The position numbers and the translations under genes are program-made. Shown here piece after piece: positions 39,969-52,589 of a DNA stretch of 64,000 nt. The notes beneath the pieces were generated by a model that did no database searches, was not told the DNA's origin, and saw nothing but the letters and a program-made list of their open reading frames with translations. The number at the start of each line of letters is the position of its first letter. Within the stretch, counting starts at the first letter, position 1. Source of the stretch: Mobula hypostoma (lineage: Eukaryota); the NCBI RefSeq assembly GCF_963921235.1, contig NC_086103.1, positions 122,822,001-122,886,000 of the forward strand. Direction: 5' to 3'.

Positions 39969-42519
39969 CCTCCCCAGTGTAGGAAAGGGAGTTTCACGGG
40001 CGAAGTAACAATTCTGGACTAAATTTGAACCAATGCAGGATGCTCAACAGTTATCGCAGGGCTTGAATACTATCAACTCCAATAAAGTTAAATCAAACTA
40101 TATAGGCAACAACAGAGCTTCACTTCATCTAGAGCTCAATGCCTTCTATGCTTATGTTGACCGTCAAAACATGGAGAAACCATCATGAAATCTATGATCC
40201 TGTGATTTCAGTCTCTGAACCCATGTGTGAACAGAACCCATGAAAATTATCCGGTCCTGACAGGATACCTGGCCAAGTACTAAAGATCTGTCCTGATCAA
40301 CTGACTGGACTGTTCAACAATATCTTTAACCTCTTCCTTCATCATTCTGAGGTACAAACCTGCTTCAAGCAGGCTTCAATTACACTAGTGCCTCAGAAGA
40401 ATGTGATAACCAGCCTTAGTGACTGTCATCTAGTAGCACTTAAATCCACAGTGATGAAGTTTTGAGAGGTTGGTGATTTGGATCTGCTGTAACTTGCCCA
40501 CAGGAGTCACAGATTCACAGCAGATGCCATCTCATTGGCTCTTCACTCAACTCTGGAACATCTAGACAACAAAGATGCATACATCAGAATCATGCATCCC
40601 CTCAAAACTAATCAATAAGTTTCAAGACCTCTGTGTGCAATTGGAGCCTCGATTTCCTCACTTACAGACCCCAGTTTGGATTTACAACAACATCTCCATG
40701 ATCTCCACAAGGCTGTATGCTTCGTCCCCTGCTCTACTCATTTTACACATGACGGTGTGGCTAAGCACACCTCCAATGCCATATTCAAGTTTGCAGATGA
40801 TGTCATTGTCATAAGACAAATCAAAGATGGTGACAAATCAGCATATAGCAGGGAGATTGAATATATGGCTGAGTGGTACCATAACAACAACCTCTTACTC
40901 AATGTCAGCAAGACCAAGGAGCCAAGTATTGACTTCAGGAGGAGGAAACCAGGGGTCCAAGAGCCAGTCCTCATAGGTGGAGAGGTTCAGAAACTTTAAA
41001 TTTCTTTGTGTTATTATTTCGTAGGACCTGCCCTAGGCTCAGCATGCAAGTGCAATTACAAAGAAAGCATGACATTGCCTCTACTTCCTTAGTTTGCAAA
41101 GATTTCCTATGACATATAAAATTCTGACAAACTTCTGGAGGTGTGTGGTGGAGAGTATATTAACTGGCTGCATCATAGACTGGTACAGAAACACTAATGC
41201 CCTTGAACAGAAAATCCTATAAAAAATAATGGATACTGCCTAGTCCATCACAGTTAAAGCCCTCCCCACCATTGACAAATCTACACAAAGTGTTGTTGCA
41301 AGAAAGCAGCATCCATCATCAGAGACCCCCACCACCCAGGACACGCTCTCTTTTCATTGATGCCATCAGGAAGAAGGTACAGAAGCCTCAGGACTCACAC
41401 CACCAAGTCCAGGAACAGTTACTACCTCTCAACCACCAGGCTCTTGAACCAAAGGGGATAACTTCACTTGTCCCATCACCAAAATGTTCCCACAACCTAT
41501 GGACTCATCATCTAATGTTCTCAGTATTTATTGCTTTTTTTTTCTTTTTTTGCATTTTGTTTTTGGCAAACTGGTTGAACACCCAAGTTGGTGTGGTCTT
41601 TCATTTATTCTATTATGGATTTATTGACTGTGTCTGCAAGAAAATAAATCTCAGGGTTGTATATAGTGATATATATGTACTTCGATAATAAATTTGCTTT
41701 GAACATCCCATCTCCAGAACTCAATACTTTGGGCTCAGCTTCAATCCAGCTGGCGCATGTCCCACTCTAAGATCTGTGGTTCAATATACATTTATAATGG
41801 GCTTCATGCCACATGCTTGACTAAATGATACATATGTATTTAGTGAAATGAAAAGTGCAGTGATAGTCCAAAGTAGCTCAAACAATGTCTGCCTACCAAC
41901 CGTTTTATGAATGGATTTTAAAATGGATTTCAATGAGAACAGGACAAATTTAAATATAAGTATCTTCAGGCCAATGAAAGGTCATTAATCCAAAATGTTA
42001 ACTCTTCCATAGATGCCAATTTTCTGAATAATTCCAGCATTTCATTATCTTGCAATTTCCAGCACCTGTCATTTTGCTTTTGAATCAGAAGCAGATTTAT
42101 TGTCACTGACAGTTGGGGAATTTGTTGCTTTCCAGCAGTATCCTTCTGGTTGTCCTAACCAGGAGAGGTAGTGGGGATAAGCTCCCACTACCTATCAAAT
42201 GTTCCCAATGGTGTGTGTCTAAAATAGCCTCTGACAACCAAGTTCAGTTCCTGGCCCTCATGTGTGGATTAGCTAATAAGACTGGCAGAACCTTTTCTAC
42301 TGTTAGAAGGGGCAAAAGCAAATTACTGGTGCCTTAAAACCAGTCATTTTGGGCAGATGGGGCTCATCAGCTGCATGGAGAGGGGTAACTTGCTGTGTGG
42401 GCAATAGCTTGCTCTCCATATTGTACTGCCTTGGTTTGCGTAAAGGTTTGCATATCACATAAACAACTAGGATGCAATAGCCATGTTTGACCCTGACCAG
42501 AGGAGGGCCTTAGCTATGA

Positions 42520-43420
42520 TGTAGGCATAATAGATTACTGAGAGTTACAAAAATAAAAAATAAGTAGTGCAAAAGGGGAACACGAGGTAGTTAACTTAAG
42601 TTCATGGACCATTCCAGAATCTGATGGTAGACCGGAAGAAACTTCAGAAAATATTGAGTGTTGGTCTTAAGGCCCGTGTACCTTCTCAATGGTAGTGAAT
42701 AGAAAAGGGCCTATCCTGGATGGTGAGGGTCCTTCATGATGGATACTGCGTTTTGAAAATGTCCTTGACGGTGGGAAGTCTAGTGCCAATGGTGAAGCCC
42801 TGGCTGAGTCTATAATCCTCTGAAGCCTTTTATGATCCCTTGCATTGGTGTGACCATACCAAATGGTGGAGCGACCAGTTGGAATGTTCTTCATGGTACA
42901 TGTGTAGAAATTTGGTGACATACCAGATCTCCTCAAACTCCAAAGTACAGGCACCAGCTTGCCTTCATTGTGCATCATTTTGTTGAGCCCAAGATAGATC
43001 CTCTGAGATGTTGCACCAAGGAACTTGTAGTGACTCACCCTTTCCACCACTGAGGCCTCAAAGAGAATTGATGCGTGTTCTCCCAATTTCCCCTTCCTGA
43101 AGTAGACAATCAGTTCCTTGATTTTGCTTACATTCAGTGCAAGGTTGTTATTGCAACACCACCCAACCAGACAATCAACAAGACCCACATCATCATTTGA
43201 GATTTTACCATCAACAGTGGTGTAAACTGCAAATTTATAGATGGAATTGGAGGTGTACTTAGCCACAGTTGTCTGTGTGGAGCCCAGACCAATGAGCTAA
43301 CAACACATCCCTCAGGTGCACGTGAGTTGATTGCTAACAAGATGTTATCATCAATCCCTACTGCCTGTAGTCTCCTGATTAGGAAGTCAAGAATCCATTT
43401 GCCAAGTGAGGTACAAATCC
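42520..43420 (-). mobile_element. Rex1/Babar LINE RT/3' fragment
   Basis: ORF 42667..43266 NSIYKFA..LALNVSKIKELIV. Confidence 0.75.
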
Positions 43421-44224
43421 TCCTCCTGAGTCCTGATGAAGGGTCTCAGTTCGAAACGATGGCTGTTTATTCCTCTCCATTGATGTTGCCTGACCTGCCG
43501 AGTTTCCAGTATCTGCAGATTCTTTTGTGTTTGCAAATCATCAGGCCATTTTTATAACTAAGCAGATAGAAGAATTAGTAATGAGCAGGGAAGGGTACGA
43601 GTTCAGAGGGATTTATCAGAATCAAAGAAATTTATGGCAGAGATCAGTCTATTGGCATGGTAGCATAGAGATTAGCGTAATCGCTTCACAGCATCAGCTG
43701 TAAGATTGGGGTTCGATTTCTGCTGTTGTCTGTAAGAAATTTGTACGTTCTCCCTGTGATGGTGGGATTCCTCCAGTATCCTCCTGTATTCCAAAAGCTG
43801 TTTGGTTAGAGTTAGAGAGTTGTGGTCATGCCATGTTGGCTCTAGAAACATGGTGACACTTGCGGCATGCCCAGTACAAACCTCGCTGATTTGATTTAAC
43901 GCAAAATTACATTTCACTAGGTTTTGATGTACATGTGACAAAAAGCTAATCTTTTTAATAACTTTAATCTTTATCACCCCACGGTGCTAATCAGTCAAAT
44001 CCCAACACTTGGTCTGTATTTTGTCGGTTTCAGCACTTCATTTGCCCATTGCAAAGACATCACGGGAGAAAAAATATTTTCAACATTAACTGCTGCAAAG
44101 TCAACTCTTCAAGGGTTCTAGGTTTTGAATGTAATTACACCAGTTTTATTATAATTGCAGGTGAAATCATCCAAGATTTAACAAGAGTATTTCCATACAG
44201 GCAGACAATATATAAAAATATATA

Positions 44225-44230
44225 TTTATT
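44225..44230 (-). terminator. Candidate EED polyadenylation signal AATAAA
   Basis: TTTATT on + strand about 180 nt past the stop codon. Confidence 0.5.
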
Positions 44231-44407
44231 GACGGAATAAAAGCACAAGCAGCACAAAGGAAAAAGTCAAGTAACTGCACAGTTTGCATCAGCAGATCTG
44301 CAGACAAAAGATTCAATAAAGAAAATGAAAAACTGGCCAAACAAGCTGAGAAAATTCTTTTTTTGTATTTTGGTACATGAATTAAAACATTTAATTTTCT
44401 TTTTTTT

Positions 44408-44534
44408 TTATCGAAGTCTGTCCCAGCGCCAAATCGTGGCATCATCACAAACAGCGATGAGTATACTGCTATCTCTGCTGAAACTGGTTTGCCGTATAGC
44501 TGCAGTGCATTTTGGATAAGCCAGTGTAGTGCAT
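44408..44534 (-). CDS. EED: EED last exon 12 ([41 protein letters not shown])
   Basis: Within ORF 44408..44590; TAG acceptor; 127 nt to TAA. Confidence 0.97.
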
Positions 44535-44887
44535 CTAAAACAAAACACAGTAAGATCAGAAAGCAGTTGAAAACTTAACTGGCATATCATCTAAGTATAG
44601 CAGTTTGTTATAGTAGAATTTGTAAATGATTTTGCATAATTGTTCAGTATTTCTCCTCTTTGCATATTCCAAAGCCAATTGTATAAACCACAGGTGAACT
44701 CTGAAAATCTGAGCTTCAGTCATCCAAAGTATGTACTAGTGCTCGACTTAACTACTTAAATAAGCAAATAGTTACGTGAAGCACTAGAAAAGTCTTTGGA
44801 AGGGTGTTAGCCAGTAGGCTGTGCCATTGATAAGGGTAAATTAGAAATCTGTGCAAAATGTAGAGGAAATGAAATTTGTTTTAAGCA

Positions 44888-45186
44888 GACAAGAGAAAAT
44901 CTACATATGCTAGAAATCCAAGCAACACATACAAAATGCTGGAGGAACTCAGCAGGCCAGGCAGCATCTATAGAAAAAAGTATAGTTGACGTGTCAGGCC
45001 AAAACTCGTGGGTTTTGGCCCGAAATGTCAACTGTACTCTTTTCCATAGATGCTGCTTGGCCTGCTGAGATCCTCCAGCATTTTGTGTCTGCTGTCCTGC
45101 CGAAGGGTTTTGCCCTGAAACATTGACTACTTTTTTACTATAGATGCTGTCTGGCCTGCTGAGTTCCTCCAGCATTTTGTGTGCAT
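44888..45186. repeat. Three-arm Penelope-derived element in EED intron 11
   Basis: One forward and two reverse arms; flanks TTTGTTTTAAGCA / TTTGTTTTAAACA. Confidence 0.75.
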
Positions 45187-45360
45187 TGTTTGTTTTAAAC
45201 AAGCTCCGTTTTTATGAATCAAACAAGTCAAACCAAAATGATATTTTCGAAAGCAGACCCACAGAAAACAAGTCATAATTTCAAAATAAATGAAGAGCCT
45301 TATACATTGACATGATTTTGGCACGTCTTTTGCAAAATAAGATAATGAAATAATCCCTAC

Positions 45361-45434
45361 TTAGCCTTATGAGGATCTTCCACTTCAAGGTCCCACACAT
45401 AGAGTTTTCCAACTTGATTACCCAATGCTAACAT
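45361..45434 (-). CDS. EED: EED exon 11 ([25 protein letters not shown])
   Basis: Manual translation; 74 nt; AAG/GTAGGG. Confidence 0.96.
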
Positions 45435-45784
45435 CTTTAAAAAGAAATTTAGATTTCAATAACTCAATAGTTTAAGGTTTAAAAAGTTTTTAAACAATAA
45501 ACTCTACATAATTGATAATACAAATATTCATGGTTAGCTTGAAATCAAAACTTCAATATTCAGTAGTTAATGGCAGCAATGCACACTAAGAACAGTAAAA
45601 GTAAATGATGCAAAAGGCCAATCATCTGCTAATATTGAAAATTAAGCACAAAGGGACTGCCATACTTGCACATTAATAATCTTCTCCACCATACTATTCA
45701 CATTTTTGTCTTCTATAAACATCGAAATAATTTCAAAAAGGTCGATCATAACCTTTGACAGGGTTACAGCCAGCCAACTATTTA

Positions 45785-46018
<234 letters not shown>

Positions 46019-46346
46019 CTAAAACAGTGAACACAATTATAATTAGTTTGTGGATCTCATTCATATTGCTGAATTGTTTAAAAATTCAACCCTTGTCAAA
46101 AACAAAATCTTTTAAGGTCTTAGAATTCCATACATATAATATTAATTTTAAAGTATGGCTTTCAAGCAGCAGTAAACATCTAATGCATTACGGAAACCTC
46201 CAAAGTTCTGCATTGCTAAAACCAGGTTTATTTTTCTCACAAGGGACTTCTGCACCTCCTTTTATGGACCCATTCCACTATTGTGTATCAATTTCTGACC
46301 TGGAGCAACAGCAATCTAACAAAGTCTACTTTTAATTCAGGAATTA

Positions 46347-46511
<165 letters not shown>

Positions 46512-47075
46512 TTATTTAAATAAAAGGTCCATCTCTGATCTAAAGTAGCCAAGAAAGGGATTTTGGCAAGCAAATATTAACTTGTTTAATAATGCTAAGG
46601 AATATGGTAGCCTAAAGATTTGTATTACTGGATGTACAATTTGGATTTGAGAATCCCAATGACCTCAGTCACTTGAAAATTTGTACTTTTTCTTAAACTT
46701 GATTTTGGTATCTAGGTGTCACTGCCTAAACATCTGAATCTTCAATAACAACAACCTAGAACTAATGCAAAATGTTAAAGCATGTGCAAGCACCTTCAAT
46801 CAAAAGTGCCATGTGAGCAATCTATCTCGGTTCAGACAAAACCAATCATTAACTAATTCTACCAACCCTCAATGGCAAGAAATGCCCAAGGGCTTCAGGC
46901 TTGACAAACAATTTTGATGAAATACCTTTGATCAGAAACATTAACTCAATTTCTGTTTCCATAGATGCTACCTGACGTGAAGAGCATTTCCAGTGTTTTC
47001 CATTTTACTTCAATTTCCAGCACCTGCAAGTTTTGATCTTCAATGTTTATGGCTTCTAATATTATGGCCACAGTA

Positions 47076-47155
47076 CAGGTGTCCCCCGCTTTTCGAACGT
47101 TCGCTTTACAAAGATCTACATTAGTACCCTGTTTTCGGATGGCGGGGGAAACCTG
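47076..47155. mobile_element. 80-bp mini-MITE related to 13216-13749
   Basis: TA-CAGGTGTCCCCCGC...GCGGGGGAAACCTG-TA. Confidence 0.75.
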
Positions 47156-47299
47156 TACCAAAAACATGTAAGGAACGTACTGAGGCCCTGACTGAGCTAG
47201 TTAACTCACTAGTACATCTATGATGTAGAAAAACATCCACATACATTCTATTCACAAAATCTGGCCAATTGCGACATTAATGACGGATTAGAGAATACA

Positions 47300-48620
47300 T
47301 CTTATGAGGAAAGTACGGATTTTCTCTTTATATCGATTGAGAGGTGACTTGATAGAGCTGTATAAGATGATGAGAAGCACAGATAGTGGACAGTCAGCAC
47401 CTCTTCCTCCCAAGGAAGCACAGACCAGTAACAGAGGATATCCATTTAAGGTGATTGGAGGAAACTTTAGATCAGGGGTTCCCAACCTTTTTTTTTAATG
47501 CCATGGACCCCCTACAATTAAACGAGGGGTCCATTTTAGAAATGCAGAAGGTAGTGAAGTTTGGAACATACTGCTGTGGATAGTGGTAGAGTCTGATACA
47601 ATAACAACATTTAAGAGACTCTTAGATAGACACATGGATATAAGAAAAATGGAGGTTTATGGGCTGTGTAGGAGAGACAGCTTAGACTGATCATTGATCA
47701 TTATGTTAGTCGACACAACACCATGGACAAAAGGGTTTGCACTGTGCTATACTGTTCTACCTTCTCTGAATCTGCCATTGTGTGCTTTGTAACACCCAAA
47801 AGCAGCAGCAATCCATGCATGCACACAGCAAGATCAGGACAATATCCTGTTTTGTCAAAAGCAACATTCATGCCACACAAATGCAATCCATTACCACTTC
47901 ATACATCACAAAGTTGAACCACATTTCATTCATATTTAATAGCATTACTGTTTCTGAGACTCCAACATCTTACGGCTAATGTCGTCTTGGCACCAGATAC
48001 ACAATTGCAACAACACGTGATGTTGAATGAAATCCTCTCAAGCCTGGTGTACATATCAGTATTTGGAGAGTAAACATTTACAATAACAATATTAGCTAGA
48101 GATGTTTAGAGGCCAACAACTAGTGGAGTGCCGCAGGGATCAGTGCTGGCTCCATTGTTGTTTGTCATTAATAACAACCTGGATGATAATCTACTCAACT
48201 GGATCAGCAAATTTGCAGATGACACCAAGATTGGCGGTGTAGTGGACAGTGACAAAGGCTATCATGGCTTGCAGTGGGATTAGGACCAGCTGGAAAAATG
48301 GGCTGAAAATGGCAGATGGAATTTAATGCCGACAAGTGCGAGGTGTTGCACTTCGGTAGGACCAACCAGGGTAGCTCCTACATAATGAACAGTAGGGGAC
48401 TGAGGAGTACGATACAACAGAGGGACCTGGGAATAAAGGTCCATAATTTGTCGAAATTGGCGTCACAGGTGGACAGAGTCATAACGAAAGCATAAGGCAC
48501 ATTGGCCATCAAAAATCAAAGTACTGTGTTCAGGAGATACGATATTATGTTGAAGTTGTATAAGACATTAGTGGGGCCTAGTTTGGAGTACTGTGTGCTG
48601 TTTTGGTCACCTACCTACAG
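47300..48620 (+). mobile_element. CR1 fragments (3' end 47300-47760; RT 48110-48620)
   Basis: SGVPQGSVL and KFADDTK codons; LYRLRGDLIELYK. Confidence 0.8.
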
Positions 48621-49193
48621 GAACAATATAGCATTTCTGTGCTGTTTGACTACAACTGAGAACAGATTTCTCTGTACAGCAGTATTCAGCAGTCTCACTC
48701 CCTTTAATACTACTTTTTTCTCAATGGTTATTTTCCCAAAATATACTCCATTAACCAAAATCGAATCAATTTGACTTTTGTTTTCAGACACCACTTCCTC
48801 ATTACAATTTTCTTTCCTATCCAATAATGTAATGTGTGCATATTTGGCTAATGAGATCAACTGCTTCATCCAAGTTATTAATATAGATTACATATAGTTA
48901 AGGTCCTAGCACTGATCCCTGTGAAATATTGGTCGTTAAAACCCATCAGCCTGAAAATGATCCAGTTAGTTCAACTGTTTTCCATTGATTTTATATATTG
49001 CCCAACTCCCACAAACTGATATCTTGCATAGCATTTTATGGAATATTATCTGGAAATCCACATCTACTGTATCTACTTTCTCTTATCTCTCCTAATATTA
49101 AATCTTAAAGTCTATCAAATTTATCAACAACGACTTCCCTTCCATGAAGCCACACATCAGCTTATTTGTATGGAGATTCTAAACATTGTTGCC

Positions 49194-49820
49194 AAGGCGG
49201 GAGGAGAGAGAGCAGCGCGCCTGCGTGTGCACAGCCCTCCGGTGAAAAATGATATCGTATCTGTTAAACAGGGGCCGTGGACAATTCTGATTAGATGGAG
49301 AATGGACATGAAAGCACAGAGGAACATCTGGAGAAATTTCTGAAACGCTTGTTCGCTGCTGTCGTTACTGCGTGGTCGGGAATCTTTCGGAGGGTAGACT
49401 TCAAAATCCCCGGCTTTGCCTGCTGTTGGTGACCGAGGTTGAGGTCGAATCGTTCGGACAGAGATGGCGCTCAGTACTCGGTGTCAGAGAACTGATCAGA
49501 GCTCAAAGTTTACGGATGACTCAGAGTCAGATCGGCATGGCAGGGAGAGTTTTTCTTCCTTCTCCCGTCTGCGTGAGATGTGGGACATTTGAGAGACTTT
49601 GAACTTTTACTGTGCTCATGGACTTCTTCATCAAGTTACGGTATTGTTGCACTGTTGTAACTATAGGTTATAATTATGTGGTTTTGTCAGTTTTTTCAGT
49701 CTTGGTCTGTCCTGTGTTTTGTGATATCATACCGGAGGAAATATTGTATCATTTTTTAATGCATACATTACTAAATGACAATAAAAGAGGACTACGTGGC
49801 TTCATAATCTAAAATCTAAA
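49194..49820 (+). mobile_element. GC-rich non-autonomous retroelement in EED intron 8
   Basis: Homologous to 39330-39968; AATAAA and (AATCTA)n-like tail. Confidence 0.75.
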
Positions 49821-51947
49821 CTTAAATAACAAGATAATTTTCTCCGCTGATAAATGTTAATATAAATGGCTTATAGTTTTCTGGAAATTTGCCTCGCTCT
49901 TTTGTGGAAGAGGTGTTACTTAAAGGTATTCTCCAGGTCATCAGTACTTTTTCCAGAATCTTATAAGATCACAACCAATGAATCCGTCATCTCTGAAATT
50001 ACTTCTTATTAAACCTAATACAGGCCATCAATCATTAGTCTCCATAACTTGCTTCAAACTATTTTGCTAATGATAATTAATTTCTCCCTCATTTGCTCAA
50101 TGATTAGCATCTCAAACAGCCTCTGACGACCAAGTCCAGCTCCTGGCCTTCACGAGTGACTTAGCTATTCAGCCCAATAGAACCATTCCTATTGATAGAA
50201 GAGGCAAAGGTGGGTTAATGGCACCTTAAAGCTAGTTGTTTCGGGCAGATGGGGCTCATCAGCTGTAGTCAGCAGCTCATCTAGTAGGGGAACTCTGATC
50301 TCAAACTTCTGCTGCTTTGTAGCTATACCCATTCATGGGGAAAGCTTCCAGAATAACCCCTAAGGAAAAGTCCAGAGCTGGAGTCTCTAAGGCAGTCTTT
50401 CACTGAGTTCAACTTTGACTGGCAACTCCTATGACACTGCTAGTAACAATCTGTACCAGTCTCTGGATTCATCAAATGCATGGAGAGGGGGAGCCCGCTA
50501 CATGGCAACAGCTTGCTCTCCATATTGTACTACCCTAGCTTGTGTATCACATAGACAGCTGGGACACAACATCTGTGGTTGACCCTAATCAACAGATAGC
50601 AACAGACAATAGTAACAAGGTCTCTTGTCAAATTGTTCAAAGACCATATGTCTGAAATATGTTTCATAAACCATTTTCTTTATAGCTAAAGATAATGAAA
50701 TCGTGTTACCTGAGTTAATTACAGAAGTCTCAAATAGACTGTGGTGCTTTGTCAAAAATTATTGTTTTTCCAAGGCTGGTTTGGGGTGGAGGAAGAAAAT
50801 GGTGGATTGGAGAAGTCCAGTTATTGTTAACACCCTTATTACTGGTACAGACCACAATTAAGGCTGGATGGTATTCTCTTTTTGTTTCCCCCAAACACTA
50901 TTCCTTTGCCTATCAATAGATCACTTTGCACTAAACTGGATTTTTTTGTTTTAATATGTTCTTTCTTGTAAAAATTGTGTATAATTTATGTCAAATTTGT
51001 GTTATTTTTGTGAATACATGTGAGGCCACTGCAACTAAGGTTTTCATTGCACCTGTGCATATGATAAGGAATTGATTTAATGATTTTTCAATAGGGCATA
51101 ACAAGGCCAACTGTAATTCCCCTAACATGATTCAAGTTGAAATCAGCCCACACATCACAATCCAGGAATCAAACAAAATACTTTTAAAAAGCAAATAGCT
51201 CAGTTACAAATTTTAAAAATTATGTCAAATCATGTAGTCTTAAATCTCTTTCCTACACTGTACAGGTCTTTCAAAATGGAATTAAAATACGAAGAGTTGT
51301 TTACAAGAACATCAAGAACTACCTGTTGTTAATCCAAATACTTACACAAAATATGCAACACAGAAGTAGACATAGTTATAACATAAACATTTTTCCAATA
51401 AAACTTACAAATTTGTAACTTTTTTTCAGATCAAGTATGGTTCAACCAAATATTTTAGAGGTAATTAGAAACCAAACAATGTGCTTGTTAGAAGCCCCAG
51501 GGTTGATCACTAGCATTGTGAGTTAGCTCATTTCAATGAGAATTAAGTAGCATTGCAATTTCATTTTCAAGATGCATGAAGGTGTTATGGATAAAACTGA
51601 ATAGATACTTCAATTGAAACAACATTCTGAATGGGCAGATGCAAGAGAAAAGTTCTCTTATGACATCAGTTGAATGGGAAATTGATACTGAGATTGCAAT
51701 CTTTATAATATACGGGACTGTAAATTCAAACCAAAGATACTAGAAATTAAATCTTTCACAAATTTATTGGAGTGGAGCTGTATTTTTTAAAGATACACAC
51801 AGATTAACTTGCGCTGCATGTTTTTGGAGATTAGCTTTCCTAACTGACAAACCAACAGAAACACAACAAGCAGTTTCATTTTAGATAAATTTGTTACAAA
51901 ACCTGAAAGCCATGTTATGAACCGAACAAAAGGCTGAAATATGTTAC

Positions 51948-52081
51948 CTGTTCGTTTTACTTGGATTATATTCATTTGATGCTTTAATTGCCTTTAACAT
52001 TCTTTCAGAATTGATTCGCCACAATTTAAGGGAATGATCCATACCACAAGACATTATTTTCTCACCAAGAAGATCAAAATC
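51948..52081 (-). CDS. EED: EED exon 8 ([45 protein letters not shown])
   Basis: Manual translation; 134 nt; TAG/GTAAC. Confidence 0.97.
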
Positions 52082-52589
52082 CTACAAATGAAGGTAAACA
52101 CAAGATAACAGGATGAAAACATTCACTGGATCACATAACATCTTTTATTGAATATTTCAAACATTTTTCATGGTTTACTTTTAATGGAGAACATTTTGAT
52201 TGCCATTTGGCACCTGCAAAATTTATTACATTTCAAAGTAAATGTCCAATTTCTGTCTATTATACAAGACATTAAATGGAAGAGGAGAATCTTGTCTACC
52301 AAAAGACAAGCCTTTTATACCAGATTTCCAAGACTGAATTTAACTTACTGAAAGCACTGACATATGATGGACATGGATTCACATTTCCCTCCAGAATCTT
52401 GAGCATATAAACATAACTAATATCTCAATATAATGACAAATGGAATATATCAGATGAGCCATTAAACATAGATCTCAATTCCTTTTATTCAAATACCGAA
52501 GCACCTCATGGTACAACTCATGGCAATGTGAGAGAAGCTCTTCCAATGTTCTAGTAAGTATTTGAGCTAATTTACTTACAATTGGAAAA

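Larger units (their letters stand above)
32781..41703 (+). mobile_element. Decayed Rex1/Babar LINE (endonuclease + RT) hosting L1 and other insertions
   Basis: IFKFADDVIVI and LNVSKTKE motifs; colinear with the copy at 52590-55397; tail ATAATAAATTTGCTTTGAAC. Confidence 0.8.
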
